Of a stretch of 64,000 nucleotides of DNA, positions 40,701-52,590 are shown one piece after another. The notes beneath the pieces were generated by a model that saw nothing but the letters and a program-made list of their open reading frames with translations, made no database searches and was not told where the DNA came from. This DNA comes from Leucoraja erinacea (Eukaryota): NCBI RefSeq assembly GCF_028641065.1, contig NW_026576777.1, positions 1-64,000 of the forward strand. The letters are read 5' to 3'. How positions within the stretch are numbered: position 1 is the stretch's first letter; every line of letters begins with the position of its first letter. A program made the position numbers and the translations under genes.

Positions 40701-43700
40701 TATAAATCTCCCAAAATATTTATTTTAAAAAGTTGACTCTATAGTGCCAAGTTTTATTTGGAATTATAAGAACGATTGAATAAGCAAAAAACACTTATGC
40801 AAATCCAAGACCAAAGGAGGATTGGTTTTACCAATTTTTTAATTTTACTTTTGGGCAGTCAATGTCAAAAATATGAATTTTTGGTTGGAAGATATGGATC
40901 AACAACCAGACTGGTTAAAGATGGAAAAGGAAGACTGTTTGCCTTTTGAAATTGGTCCGATTCTGTTAGCTCCCACAAAATTGAATTAAAAAATCTATAG
41001 TGAAAACCCTATAATATATAGTGGTATTCGACTTTGGAAACAACCAAAAAAGGCATTAAAATTGGATAATTTATCATTTTCTCTCCCCATTGCAAATAAC
41101 TCTTCATTTAAACCCTCAGTGTTGGATAAAGGTTTTGTACAATGGAAAAATCATGGAATTAAAAAATGGGACATCTTTATAGAAATTGTATTTTTCTCTC
41201 GTTTGAGGAGTTACAACAGAATTACGGATTACATTCAAATAATTTTTTTAGATATTTACAACTTAAGATTATGTTAAATCACATACACGAGAATACAGAA
41301 CCAGAGAACCAGAGATTCTAGATGAATGTTTGAATAAACACCCTAACACAGTCAAATTAATATCTCACATTTATAATACTTTTATAGACAGTGAGAATCC
41401 GTCCACGGAATTATACAGAGCAGCATGGGAAAAGGAATTAGCTCAACCTATAACGAAATATATTTGGGACGAAAGCCTACAACATATACACCAATGTTCG
41501 TTAAAAACCAGACATTCTTTAATACAATTTAAAGTACTAAATAGACTGCATTATTCTAAGACAAAATTAAATAGAATGTTTCCTAATATCTCTCCTATCT
41601 GTGATAAATGTCAATCACACATGGCTAATTCAACCCATACTTTTGTAAACTGTAGTAAAATTAAAAATTACTGGATGGATATTTTCAAAATAATCTCTGT
41701 AGTCGTCAATATCTAAATGGATCCCAATCCTAAATTAATAATATTGGGCATATCAGAACAATACCTAAAACTCACAATAAACCAAATAAATTTCCTTGAT
41801 TACAGTATAATAATTGGGAAAAAATTGATATTAAAATTTTGGAAAACCCAACAACCCCCACAATCAAGATGTGGATTATGGAGATGTCGGAGACCTTACA
41901 TTTGGAAACAATTAGATTTCTTAATTGACAAACCAGAATTATTTACTAGAATATAGTCTCCATTTATAGATTTATGAAGGGGTAGATCGGACTAGTGTGA
42001 AGGCTGGACTGAAGCCTGAACCCAGGACTAGATGAATAGTTATGTTCTCTGGCCCCAAGTTGTATTATTGACAGTTTATCCTATTTTTCTAATTTCCTTC
42101 TTTCTTTCTTTCTTTTTCCTATCTATAAATATAAATAAATAATTAGGGGCAATGTTAACATGTAAACGATAAAGGAGGATCCCAGCTACATTGGTAACTG
42201 GCTCCCTGGAAACCTGGATAGTTAATATGTAACCGTTAAACAAAGTCTGTACTGGTTTGGATTATGATATGCAGATGCCTCTAATAAAAATCTATTAAAA
42301 AAAAAAGGAAATTGGAGGAACAACATCTCATATTTCGCTTGGGTAGTTTACAACCCAGGGGTATGAATATTGATTTGTCTAACTTCAAGTAACCCTTGAA
42401 TTCCCTCTCTCTCTCCATCCCTCCCCATCCAAGTCACAAGTTTTTTGTTCTCACCTAGCTACAGCTAACAATGACCTGTTTCCTTTATCATCAATACTTT
42501 TTTGCATATCTTTCATTTAGTTGTTCTATATCTCTCGACATCATTGTCGATATCTCTTGTTTCCCTTCCCCTTGACTTTCAGTCTGCAGAAGTCTTGACT
42601 CAAAACGTCACCCATTCCTTCTCTCCAGAGATGCTGCCTGTCCCACTGAGTTACTTCAGCATTTTGTGTCTATCTTCGATTTAAACCAGCATCTGTCGTT
42701 CCTTCCAATGAAATTCTGCTCCTCTGTCATCTAATTTGCTCCCTGTTCTCACGATCGGTCCTTGACCTGTTTCTTTAACTTTGTTTCTCTTTACACATTT
42801 TTAGATTAGATTAGATTAGGTCCTTTATTTGTCATTCAGACCTTTCGGTCTGAACGAAATGTCGTTGCCTGCAGCCATACATGTAATAATAAACAACAAA
42901 ACACCGGGCGATGGTAGTCAGTCCCGCGGCTCACCGAGCTCCGTCAACGGGACGGTTCACGCTTCGCGGCCCGGGGTGGTCGAAGCTGCCACACTCCAGT
43001 CCAGCGGACGCAGCTGTTGCCGCGGGAGCTCCGGAAAACAGGCACCAGCCTGTGACCTGCGAGCTCCCGACGATGTCGTCCACTGGCCCGCGGCCGAGCC
43101 CCCGGATTCAGGTCGCCGCCGCCAGAACGCCGCCTCAGCTACTGGAGCACCGTCCCAGCCCCAAGCCGCGCCGCCCCCACGGGAGCGCCGTCCCAGCCTC
43201 GAGTCGTGCCGCTGCCACTGCGCCGGGCTGCCTCAGCCCCGTGCCGGGCCGCCTCAGCCACCGGATAGCCTTCCTGGCCCTGAGCCGGGCCACCCTCACG
43301 GGAGTGCCGTCCCACCGGAACATCGAGTCGTGCCGCTGCCACCGGAGCATCTCAGCCCCGCGCCGGGCCGCCCTCACGGGAGCGTCGAGTCACTGGAGCG
43401 CCCTAACGCCGCCACAGCTTGAAGACGGCCAGCCTAGTGTTGGTGAGTCCTGGCTGGCTCTACCTCCGGAGCCTCGAGGTCGGTCGCAGGTTGGAGGCCG
43501 CCAGCTCCGCCATTAGGCCTCAGCGCAGATGGAGGCAGAGGAGGGGGATATGACAAGAAAAAGTCGCATTCCCTGAAGGGAGAGACAGAAAGCCCTGTTT
43601 CAGCCGCCCTCCCCCACACACATAACACAACCTAATAAATTTAACCAAACAAGACAAAAAAACCAACACAAAAAAGTATAAACAGACGGACTGCAGGAGA

Positions 43701-46700
43701 GCCGTTCAACAGCGCCGCCACTTCCGGAGCCTGACCTGCTGCATATTTACAGCATTTTCTTTCTTTTCTTTAATTAAAAAAAAACTTCTTGTTGTAGATT
43801 GGTTACTTTACTTACTAACCAATGTAGTGCTTTATTATTATATGGCAGGAGACAGCGTTTATCCTCTGTGACCTGGGAGATCTTGGTTTCATAGTAAATG
43901 ATTTACCGAAGCCAGTAAGCAGATATAGCAAATCAACGTGAAAGCTGTATAGTGGAAATGTCAAGGACTAGAGGACATAGCTTCAAGGTGAGAGAAGCAA
44001 AGTTTAAAGGAGATGTACGGGACAAGCTGTTTTAAGCAGAGGGTGGTGAGTGCCTGGAACATGCTGCCAGTAGTGGTGGTGGAGGCTGATATGGTAGTGG
44101 CATTTAAGAGGTGTTTAGATAGGCATATGGATGTGCAGGGAATGGAGGGATATGATTCACGTGCAGGCAGAGAAGATTGGTTTAACTTGGCTCCATGTTT
44201 GTCACAGACATTGCAAACTGAAGGGCCTGTACTATGTTCTAAACTCTATGAGGTTGGCAGATTCTGTACACAACACATTCCAAGACAGACCATTACATAA
44301 AGGATTCACTGTTGATTTTGCATAATGATTTTTCCTTATTCTTTGGTTTATAAGGGGCAAAGTTTAACAAAGATGTGCAGGGTGAGTTCTTATACACAGG
44401 GTGGTGGGTTCCTGGAACACGCTGCCAGGGGTGGTAGTGGAGGAAGATATGATAGTGGTGTTTAAGAGGCTTTTAGGAAGCAGTTACGCAGCTGATTTTC
44501 CAATAAACCTGGGATGTCCTGGGATGTCAGGACTTTCATATGAAGAAAGACTGGATAGACTCGGCTTGTACTCGCTAGAATTTAGGAGATTGAGGGGGAA
44601 TCTTATAGAAACTTACAAAATTCTTAAGGGATTGGACAGGCTAGATGCAGGAAGATTGTTCCCGATATTGGGGAAGTCCAGGACAATGGGTCACAGCTTA
44701 AGGATAAGGGGAACACCTTTAGGACCGAGATGACAAAAACATTTTTCACGCAGAGTGGTGAATCTCTGAAACTCTCTGCCACAGAAGGTAGTTGAGGCCA
44801 GTTCATTTGCTATATTTAAGAGAGAGTTAGATGTGGCCCTTGTGGCTAAAGGGATCAGGGGATATGGAGAGAAGGCAGGTACAGGATACTGAGTTGGATG
44901 ATCAGCCATGATCATATTGAATGGCGGTGCAGGCTCGAAGGGCCAAATGACCTACTCCTGCACCTATTTTCTACGTTTCTATGTTTCTATGTAAACCCTA
45001 GTGGTTTGTGAAATGTTTCACTTCTCACTAAACAGCTCGGTAATTTACAACACCTATTGAGTCCACACCCAAGATTAGAAGTTGTTCAGCCACAGCCATA
45101 CAATGATGTCTGTCTTGCGCTTGTTGTGCTTCTTGTGCGTGATGGTGGGAGATTGGTGGAAACAGGGCCGCGACGTGAACGCTCTTTCCTTGACCCCATT
45201 TACAACACGTTATATTGCGGTCATTTACAACACAAGGATCCAATCTTTACCCCAGTAACAGTAAACTTAGTGAATAGTAAGAATGTTAATCTATGAATAG
45301 AATAATGTTGGTTTTCTCCTCTGAAAGGCCTGGCTCATTTCTTTAAGTATAGATATTTGTAGAAATAGAATATTAAGTGATAATCAAGGAGTATCTATAG
45401 TAACATTGACTTCTCTAACTTCAAGTAGCCCTTGCTTTCCCTCTCTCTCCATCTCCTCCCTCTTCCCAGTTCTCCTACCAGTCTTACTGTCTCTGACTAC
45501 ATTTTATCTCTGTACTGCCCACTTCCCTGACATCAGTCTGAAGAAGAGTCCCAACCAGAAAAGTCACCCATTCCTTCTCTCTAGAGATGCTGTCTGTTCC
45601 GCTGAGTTACTCCAGCAGTTTGTGTTTGCCTTCGATTTAAACCAACATCTGCAGTTCTTTCCTACACATATCTATATTAACAGACATATTGGTAATATTT
45701 ACCATGGAATTCCTGCAGAAAAAAATCCCATTGACATATTTCACAAGAGCAATATATCGGAAATATTAGATTTTAATATATTTCTGTTTCAATTGTCTGT
45801 GCGGAGATTGCATGTTTTAGCTGTGACCGCGTGGGTTTCCTCCGGGTGCTCTGGTTTTCTCGCATGTCCAAAAGACATAAAGGTTTGTAGTTCAATTGGT
45901 CCCTGCACATTGCCTCTAGTGAGTAGAGAGTGGATGTGAAAGGGTGATAACATACAACTGGTGTAAACGGATGATCGATAGTCAGCGTGGACTCTGCGGG
46001 TTGAAGCACCAGGTTCTATCTGTGTTTCTAAACAAAATTAAACTAAACGACATACATGATTAATGTTTCATGTAACAGTGCATTTAAATTATTTAATGTA
46101 ATGTAACATGCAATAGTCATGATTATATTTGCTATTCATTGTAGCATTATTTTGATTCATATTTCAATTGTGATTTTCAAGGATCCTCCAAGTATTATTT
46201 CATTCGACTGAGTCTGATCCTAATAGTACCAATATGGGTCTGGTTTGTGTATCATTATCACAGTAAATTGAAGAAAGGAAAAGGTAATGTATATATTGTA
46301 CATTTTATTTTGTAATTTAACTAAAAACTGAGTATATAAAAGTGAATATTGTCTTTAGTTCCCAGAGAGATTAAAATAATTTAAACAAAATGAGGGTGAC
46401 AGCTTGTAGAGCTGCTGCCTCACAGCGCTAGAGATCCAGGTTAGAAACATAGAAACATAGACAATAGGTGCAGGAGTGGGTCATTCAGCCCTTCGAGCCT
46501 GCACCGCCATTCAATATGATCATGGCTGATCATCCAACTCAGTATCCCGTACCTGCCCTCTCTCCATACCCCCTAATCCCCCCAGCCACAAGGGCCACAT
46601 CTAACTCCCTCTTAAATATAGCCAATGAACTGGCCTCAACTACCCTCTGTGGCAGAGAGTTCCAGAGATTCACCACTCTCTGTGTGAAAACAGCTTCGAA

Positions 46701-47150
46701 CCAGCACCACCATTCAATGTGATCATCTAAAATCAGTACACCGTTCTTGCTTTTTCACCATATCCCTTGATTCCTTTAGCCCTAAGAAATAAATCTAACT
46801 CTCTCTTGAATCCTGACTACGGGTGCTGACTTTGTGTAGAGTTTGCATGTTCTCCCTGTGACCACTTGGATTTCCTCAGAGTGCTTTGTTTTTCTCCCAC
46901 ATCCCAAAGATGTGTGGGTTTGTAGGTTAATTGACCCTGTGTAAATTGCCCCTAGTGCGCAGGGAGTGGATGTGAAAATGGGATAATGTAGAACTAGTCC
47001 GAACAGGTGATCGATGGTCGGCGTAGACGCGGTGGGCTGAATGGCCTGTTTCTGTCCTGTATTTCTGAAATACACTAAATATTCATGATATTTTTTATAG
47101 AATCATCTCTCCATGACACAACTGTTGATATTCAAAGCATGAGAAACTGA
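31993..47150 (+). CDS. Non-rearranging VJ-C1 Ig-superfamily type I membrane receptor (NKp30/SIRP/antigen-receptor-like), predicted join 31993-32041, 32884-33213, 36591-36890, 46182-46283, 47101-47150; 276 aa
   Basis: All five exons have GT/AG sites and phase-1 junctions typical of IgSF genes. Lengths 49+330+300+102+50=831 nt keep one frame. Domain order is signal peptide, V(J), C1, TM, short tail. Confidence 0.8.
32884..33213 (+). CDS. Exon 2: V-set Ig domain with built-in J-like G strand
   Basis: Acceptor ctttccgtgccAG, donor CAAG|GTAATT. Protein VNQSP..RGQTAKFTC..QYWFR..SLVIREVTVHDADTYHC..FTGNGTTLHIQ has the B-strand Cys, C-strand Trp, D-x-x-x-Y-x-C and G-x-G-T-x-L motifs. Confidence 0.93.
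33898..34640 (+). mobile_element. CR1 3' fragment in the V-C1 intron
   Basis: KKANGMLAFI, RPHLEYC, QRRFTRLIPG; tail tattgtc repeats. Confidence 0.9.
36591..36890 (+). CDS. Exon 3: C1-set Ig constant domain
   Basis: Acceptor ttttcctactttacgcAG, donor A|GTAAGT, 300 nt. AKPDISL..SLTCVAAGFFPRELNMSW..ENEDGSFNVSSRL..VTCLVQH matches the C1 signatures C-x-A-x-G-F-x-P, W, N-x-D-G-S-F and C-x-V-x-H. Confidence 0.92.
37744..37796. repeat. (AT)n microsatellite
   Basis: Direct reading. Confidence 0.95.
37863..38226 (-). mobile_element. CR1 family A 3' fragment
   Basis: Reverse complement of the family A 3' end with an (aaccatat)n tail. Confidence 0.9.
39726..42710 (+). mobile_element. Penelope-like element (GIY-YIG region and pLTR) split by an L1 insertion
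   Basis: An alternative frame reads CNHKRCNTC..FQVRQRFTCISSNLTYCIRCSICGLLYIGKT..RLG; resumes at 42321 with QHLIFRLGSLQPRGMNID. Confidence 0.8.
40073..42306 (+). mobile_element. 5'-truncated L1-clade LINE
   Basis: GFRQGCPLSPLLF, SLYADD, SGYRINWNKS, C-terminal CDKC..HTFVNC; AATAAA and A-tail; 14-bp TSD ggaaattggaggaa at 40059-40072 and 42307-42320. Confidence 0.92.
42800..43730 (-). mobile_element. GC-rich non-autonomous LINE-derived element with a (ctaat)n tail
   Basis: (ttaga)n end; 3' hairpin related to the 20140-20200 family; internal tandem GC-rich units. Confidence 0.55.
44515..44992 (+). mobile_element. CR1 family B 3' fragment (older CR1-like tails at ~43950-44480)
   Basis: PGMSGLSYEERL..; (tttctatg)n tail. 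Confidence 0.9.
46182..46283 (+). CDS. Exon 4: transmembrane exon RSSKYYFIRLSLILIVPIWVWFVYHYHSKLKKGK
   Basis: Acceptor tgattttcaAG, donor AAG|GTAATG, 102 nt, phase 1/1. About 19 hydrophobic residues containing one Arg, followed by the basic stop-transfer KLKKGK. Lies in non-repetitive AT-rich DNA. Confidence 0.75.
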
Positions 47151-47168
47151 AATACCTCAGTAAATGAG
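47101..47168 (+). CDS. Exon 5: cytoplasmic exon ESSLHDTTVDIQSMRN-stop (TGA 47148-47150), followed by 18 untranslated nt
   Basis: Acceptor attttttatAG at 47099-47100, consensus donor GAG|GTGAGT at 47168/47169. Confidence 0.65.
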
Positions 47169-47289
47169 GTGAGTAATTTAGTTTGATATTTACCCTTATG
47201 TTGCATGCACGATGTTCTAATGTACACTGCGGTATTGTCAGCTTATATGAACAAATTCGTCAGCACTATTGGATGTAATGGACTTTGTG

Positions 47290-48160
47290 GTTTTGCAGAT
47301 AGTGAAGATGATTGTGAAATATTGTAGCAGGATTGGCCAGGTGGGCAGAGGAATGGTTGATGGAATTTAATACAGAGATGTGTGAGATGTTGTATTTTGG
47401 GACATTGAACAAAGGCCTACACAGTAAATGGTAGGCCTCTGGGTAATATTGTAGAGTAGAGGCATCTACCTGGGACTCAACCATGGTTCGTTGAAGGTCT
47501 AGTCGCAGGTAAATAAGGTGGTCGAAAAGGCTTTTGGCACTTTGGCCTTCATCAGTCAAAGTATTGAGTATCAAAGCTAAGAGGTCATGTTGTAGTTGTA
47601 TAAGACGTTGGTGAGACGGCATTTAGAATATTGTGTTCAGTTTTGGGCACTATGTTAGAGGAAAGATATTGTCAAGCTTGAAAGGTTTCAGAAAATATTT
47701 ACGAGGATGTTGTCAGGACTAGAGGGTGTGAGCTATAGGTAGAGATTGAGTAGGCTGGGTCCCTATTCCATGGAGCACAGGAGGATGATGGGAGATCTTA
47801 TAGAGGTATACATAATCATGAGAGGAATAGATCGGGCAGATGCACAGAGGCTCTTGCCCAAAGTAGGGGAAGCGAGGACCAGAGGACATAGGTTCAAGGT
47901 GAAGGGGAAAAGATTTAATAGGAATCCGAGGGGTATCTTTTACACACAAAGGATGGTGGATGTATGGAACAAGCTGCCAGGTTAGGTAGTTGATTCTATC
48001 CCATCCTTTAAGAAACAGTTTGACAGGTAAATGGATAGGGCGGGTTTGGAGGGTTATGGACCAAGCGCAGGCAAGTGGGACTAGTGCAGCTGGGACATTG
48101 TTGGCCGGTGTGGGCGAGTTGGGCCAAAGGGCCTGTTTCCACACTGTATCTCTCTCTATG
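47290..48160 (+). mobile_element. Old, decayed CR1 3' region
   Basis: GDLIEVY.IMRGIDR, RTRGHRFKVKG, FYTQRMVDVWN. Confidence 0.8.
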
Positions 48161-50929
48161 TCTCTATAACACAAAACATTCTGCGGCACGGTGGCGCAGT
48201 GGGAGTGTTGCTGCCTCATAGCTGAGTCGCACGTTACGAGTTAACACAAGAGTCAAGAGTCAAGAGTCAAGAGTCAATTTAATTGTCATTTGGACCCCTG
48301 GGGGTCCAAACGAAATGCCAATGCCAAACTGAAGGGAGCGACTGCCCCGGGGCGACTGGCACTCACCTGCTGGCATCGCCGACGTGAAGACAGTTCAAAG
48401 CCCCCGCGCCAGTGCAATGGGCGGGGAGCTGGAGAGAGGAGGTAAAGGGTCACACACATGGCCGGGAAGCAGAGGGGTGTAGGTGGGGGTGGTGACAGAT
48501 AGGGCCAACAATGAGTGGAGAAAGACAGAAACACCGACGTGCAAAGAAGACCTACAACAAACAGTGCATGATCTCTCTTGCGTTATGGCAGCTGTTCCTG
48601 AAGCTAAAGCCTTGGGATCGTTGCCCTTCGTGTTGGTTTGGAGGGGGAGAGGGGGTATTGTGCTGTTTGATCGCCCCCTGCTATCCCAGGGACAATGAGA
48701 CACAGCGGCTTTTGAGACTGGTGGGCAATCACGTCTAAAGTGTCTGCCCACACAGTCAGTACACCTCTCCTACACTTGTCTCCACCTCTCCTACACCTGC
48801 CTCCACCACTTCCACTGAAGCTCATTCCACACCGCTACCACTCTCTGAGTAAAGAAGTTCCCCCTCATGTTACCCCTAAACCTCTGTCCCTTAATTCGTG
48901 GGTTTTCTCCGGGTGCTCCCGTTTCCTCTCATTCTTCAAATTGGATTCTGTAAAAACTATCACTAGTGTGTAGGATAGTGCTAGTGCAGGGGTTAATCGC
49001 TGTTCGGCACGGACTCGGTGGGCCGAAGGGCCTGTTTCCGCACTGTTTCTCTAAAGTCTACTGCATCTGCAGTTCCTTGTGTCAGCAAACCCGAATTGTC
49101 GCTGTCCTTTTTCAATCGAGAGAATTTTTCAATGTATTTAACTTGTTTGCCGTTTGCTTCCATCAGCTGGAATTATACTGCCAACAAAGTGAGATCCATA
49201 TTCCAAAACACACTCCCTCTTCAAGGAGGCCTTGTGATCAATTGCATACCAGTCATTGGGCATTGCTGTGTAATGAGTTTCATTGTTGAAGAAGTGATGT
49301 TGCTACTAATATGCGTTGGATTCCATTCTCTTCAACTAAATCTACTATGCGTAAAATGACCTCAAGTGCCTGGTTTACTCATTATTGTGAATGCAGGGTA
49401 TTTTACCCAGGATAGGAAAATCTGGCTGCGTTATTCAAGCACTTTGGGGCTTTTTCCAAGCCACCATCTGCAGTTCCTTGCGTATTTATTAAAGAAGTTC
49501 GGTTCTGTTACTTTTTAGCGTAAGAAAGAACTTCAGATGCTGGTAAAAATCAAAGGTTTTGATCAGTCTGAAGAAGGATCTCGACCCCAAAACGTCGCCC
49601 ATTCCTTCTCTCTAGAGATGCTGCCTCACCGGCTGAGTTACTCCTGCATTCTGTGTCTATCTTCTGTTACTTTTTTATTCTTCTACTCTGTGAAGACTTT
49701 AAGCTTGGAGTATAATTCCAGGGTCTCATTGTCCTCAATGTTATTTCTCACTTCTTCAAGTGTATATCCTAGCGTTGATGAAATGACATATCTTGACCAA
49801 GTCTGATTAGACTTTAGAGATACAGCGTGGAAACAGGACATTTGGCCCACCGATTCCGCACCGACCAACAATCACCTCTTACACTAGCGCGATCCTACTC
49901 ACTGGAGACATTTTACACATTTACTAAAGCCAATTAACCTACAAACCTGTATGTATTTGGAGTGTGGGAGGAAACTGGAGCATCTGGAGGTCCCACGCGA
50001 TCAAGGGGAGAACACATAAACTTTGTACAGACAGCACGTGTAGTCAGTCGGGATTAAAACCAGGTCTCTGCCGCTGTGAGGCAGCTACTCTACCGCTGCG
50101 CCAATGTGCCCCCTAATCATGCACCTTTTTGCACATAACATTAGTTGCACTCCTCAGACTGACTTTCACCTCCGTATCATTTTACACACACAAAACCTGA
50201 TAGCGACAAACAAAACAGCTGTTAATCTTGTCCTTTTAGAGATGGTCAGATACAGGTCACAATGGCAGATTATAGCAGGCACAGATATTCCCTACACACT
50301 GGGGGCAATTTACATAAGACCACAAACCCGCACTTCTTTGTGACATGGGGGGAAATTAGAGCATGGATGAATTAATTAACTCTGCCCGATATCTTTCCCT
50401 GGATGTGCAGCAGCTGAAAGTGATGGGGGTGGGTTTTCTCCTTAAACAGCTCAGTGAGTGGTCGGATGAATTTTTGCAGTTGGAGGTCACTTCAGTAAAA
50501 TATGAAGTGCCAGCGCAAAGTTCTCTGATTCTAGCAATATTCCACCGTCATATCACACTGTCCCCTACCAACAACAATCCCATCAATACCTCCCTGCCTG
50601 AGATCATTTGTTGCCGGCCCTGATTTGTCCCAGTCTTTGCTTACTTTCAGTCCCCCCCCCCCCAGTCTGAAGAAGAGTCCCAATCTGAAACGTCACCTGT
50701 CCACCACATAGACGTTGTCTGTCTCGTTGAGTTTGTGTCTATCTGATTCTAGCAAGCTTTGTTGTTGGGAAAACTGAATACAATGGACTGGCCATTGTTA
50801 AGATCAGAAAATGACCCAAAGACTCAACTGCCAGGCAGTATCTCTGCTGAATATGGATAGATATGTTTCCTCGACGGTGAAACTGATGAGAAGGTTGGTT
50901 GACCCTGTTAAGGGACAAGAGTGTTGTCA

Positions 50930-51365
50930 TTTGTTGTCATATACACTGACAACAGAACAATAACATTCTTATTTGCAGCAGCAAGCCTGTAAACACAAGG
51001 CATACAAAGAATATATAGCAAACAAAAATGCAATCCATTAATAACTCCAATACCATTGCAAAAACCCACAAAGTGTGTAGTGCAACTAAAGACAGTTTAG
51101 TTGATGTTGTGCAAGTGTTGAAGACCCTGATGGTTGGTGGAAAGAAGCTGTTCCTGAACCTGGACATTGCTGTGCACACATTCCTGTACCTTCTTCCTGA
51201 TAGCAGGAATGAAATGAAAGCGTGGCCAGAGTGCTGTGGGTCATTGATGTTATTGGTTGACTTTTAGAGGCAGCGCCTCCTGCAGATCCCTTCGATGTTG
51301 TGGTGGTCTGTTCCTGTGATGGACTAGGCAGTGCCCACCACTCTTTGTAATCTGCTTCATTCCTG
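50930..51365 (-). mobile_element. Rex1/Babar-like LINE 3' fragment; a second copy lies at ~53340-53670(-)
   Basis: C-terminal motif RFRNSFFP / SGRRYRSLKVRTNRFSNSFFPSVIRL. Confidence 0.6.
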
Positions 51366-52471
51366 GGTGATGTTGATAATGATATCAGTGAAACAGATAT
51401 TGCCCACATATGCCCATCGATCACTGACTAGTCCATGGACACACACACACCCACACTTTAGCTTTTGCCCATTTGGTGTTTACTAATCAAATTCGTTACT
51501 GATTTCACATGACTTTTCAATATAAATCAGGAACAGAGCCTCATTATAATTTATAAATTATAAATTATAAATCAGGAACAGAATACCTCATTAGATTCAG
51601 CTAAAAATAAAATGACCATAAGATCATCAGATATAGTAGCAGAATTAGGTCATTCAGCCCATCGAGTCTGCTCCGACATTCACTCATGGCTGATCTAATT
51701 TTCCCTCTCAACCAATACTCCTGCCTTCTCCCCGTAATCTTTGACATCCGTACTAATCAAGAATCTATCATTCTCCGCTTTAAAATTATCCAATGTCTTG
51801 GCCTCTACCACTGACTGCGCTAATGAATTCCACAGATTCACCACCATCTGGCTAAATAAATCCTCTCATCTCCGTTCTATTGTTATCCAAAATGTTCTAA
51901 AGTTCTAAAATTCCTCCGCACCTCCAATTCTAAAATGAAGTAAATATCTTTCTAACAATAAGTTGGAATGTATACAGAGACGATTTACGATGATGTTGAC
52001 AGGACTTGATGGAGAGGTTGAGCAGGCTTGGACTCACTGGAGCACAGGAGGATAATGGGCGATGTTATAGAGGTGTATAAAATCAGAATGGGAATATGTG
52101 GGTGAATGCACTGAGCTTTTATAGCCAAAGGGAATTGAGAAATAGCAGGCAAATGTTTAATGTGAGAGGGAAAAACCTGAGGGGCAACTTTATCATTCAG
52201 GGTATATGTGGGTATATGGAACTAGCCGCCGGAGGACGTAGTTGGGGCAGGGACTACAACACCATTTAAAAGATATTTGGACAGGTACATGGACACAAGG
52301 TTTAGAGGGACTAGTGCCAACCGCGGGCAAATGGGAACATCTTAGATGGGGCATCTTGGTCAGCGTAGACGAGTTGGGCCGATGGGTCTGTTTCCGTGCT
52401 CTATAACTATGATATCAACTCTATAACACTAATATTTGCAAGTGGTTCTTATTGTTATTTTTGTGTTGCAG

Positions 52472-52590
52472 GATAATGTTTCAATAAACTATGAAAATCT
52501 GCATTAGGCGCCTGTTTATTGCAAGGACAGGAATTGAGATGGACCGAGCAATCCCAAGAAACAGAATATGCCGTCTTAAAGGTCAAAGAT
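52472..52590 (+). pseudogene. Exon 6: now untranslated, decayed ITIM/ITSM-like cytoplasmic tail (DNVSINYENL..ETEYAVLKVKD)
   Basis: Acceptor tttttgtgttgcAG at 52470-52471. The phase-0 frame gives INYENL, and a second frame gives TEYAVL. Adding one T at 52504-52505 joins the two frames. Confidence 0.65.

Noticed and set aside
42829-43516. Two ~200-aa GC-rich ORFs
   Set aside because: Stop-poor GC-rich repeat with internal tandem units and no domain
45057-45296. Hydrophobic ORF as the TM exon
   Set aside because: It lies mostly in a segment flanked by atttacaacac (45043-45053 and 45198-45208), so probably an insertion; the hydrophobic run is short and 46182-46283 fits better
49167-49188. 22-nt micro-exon (catcAG..GTGAGA)
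   Set aside because: It would break the frame between exon 5 and the ITIM exon and has no other support
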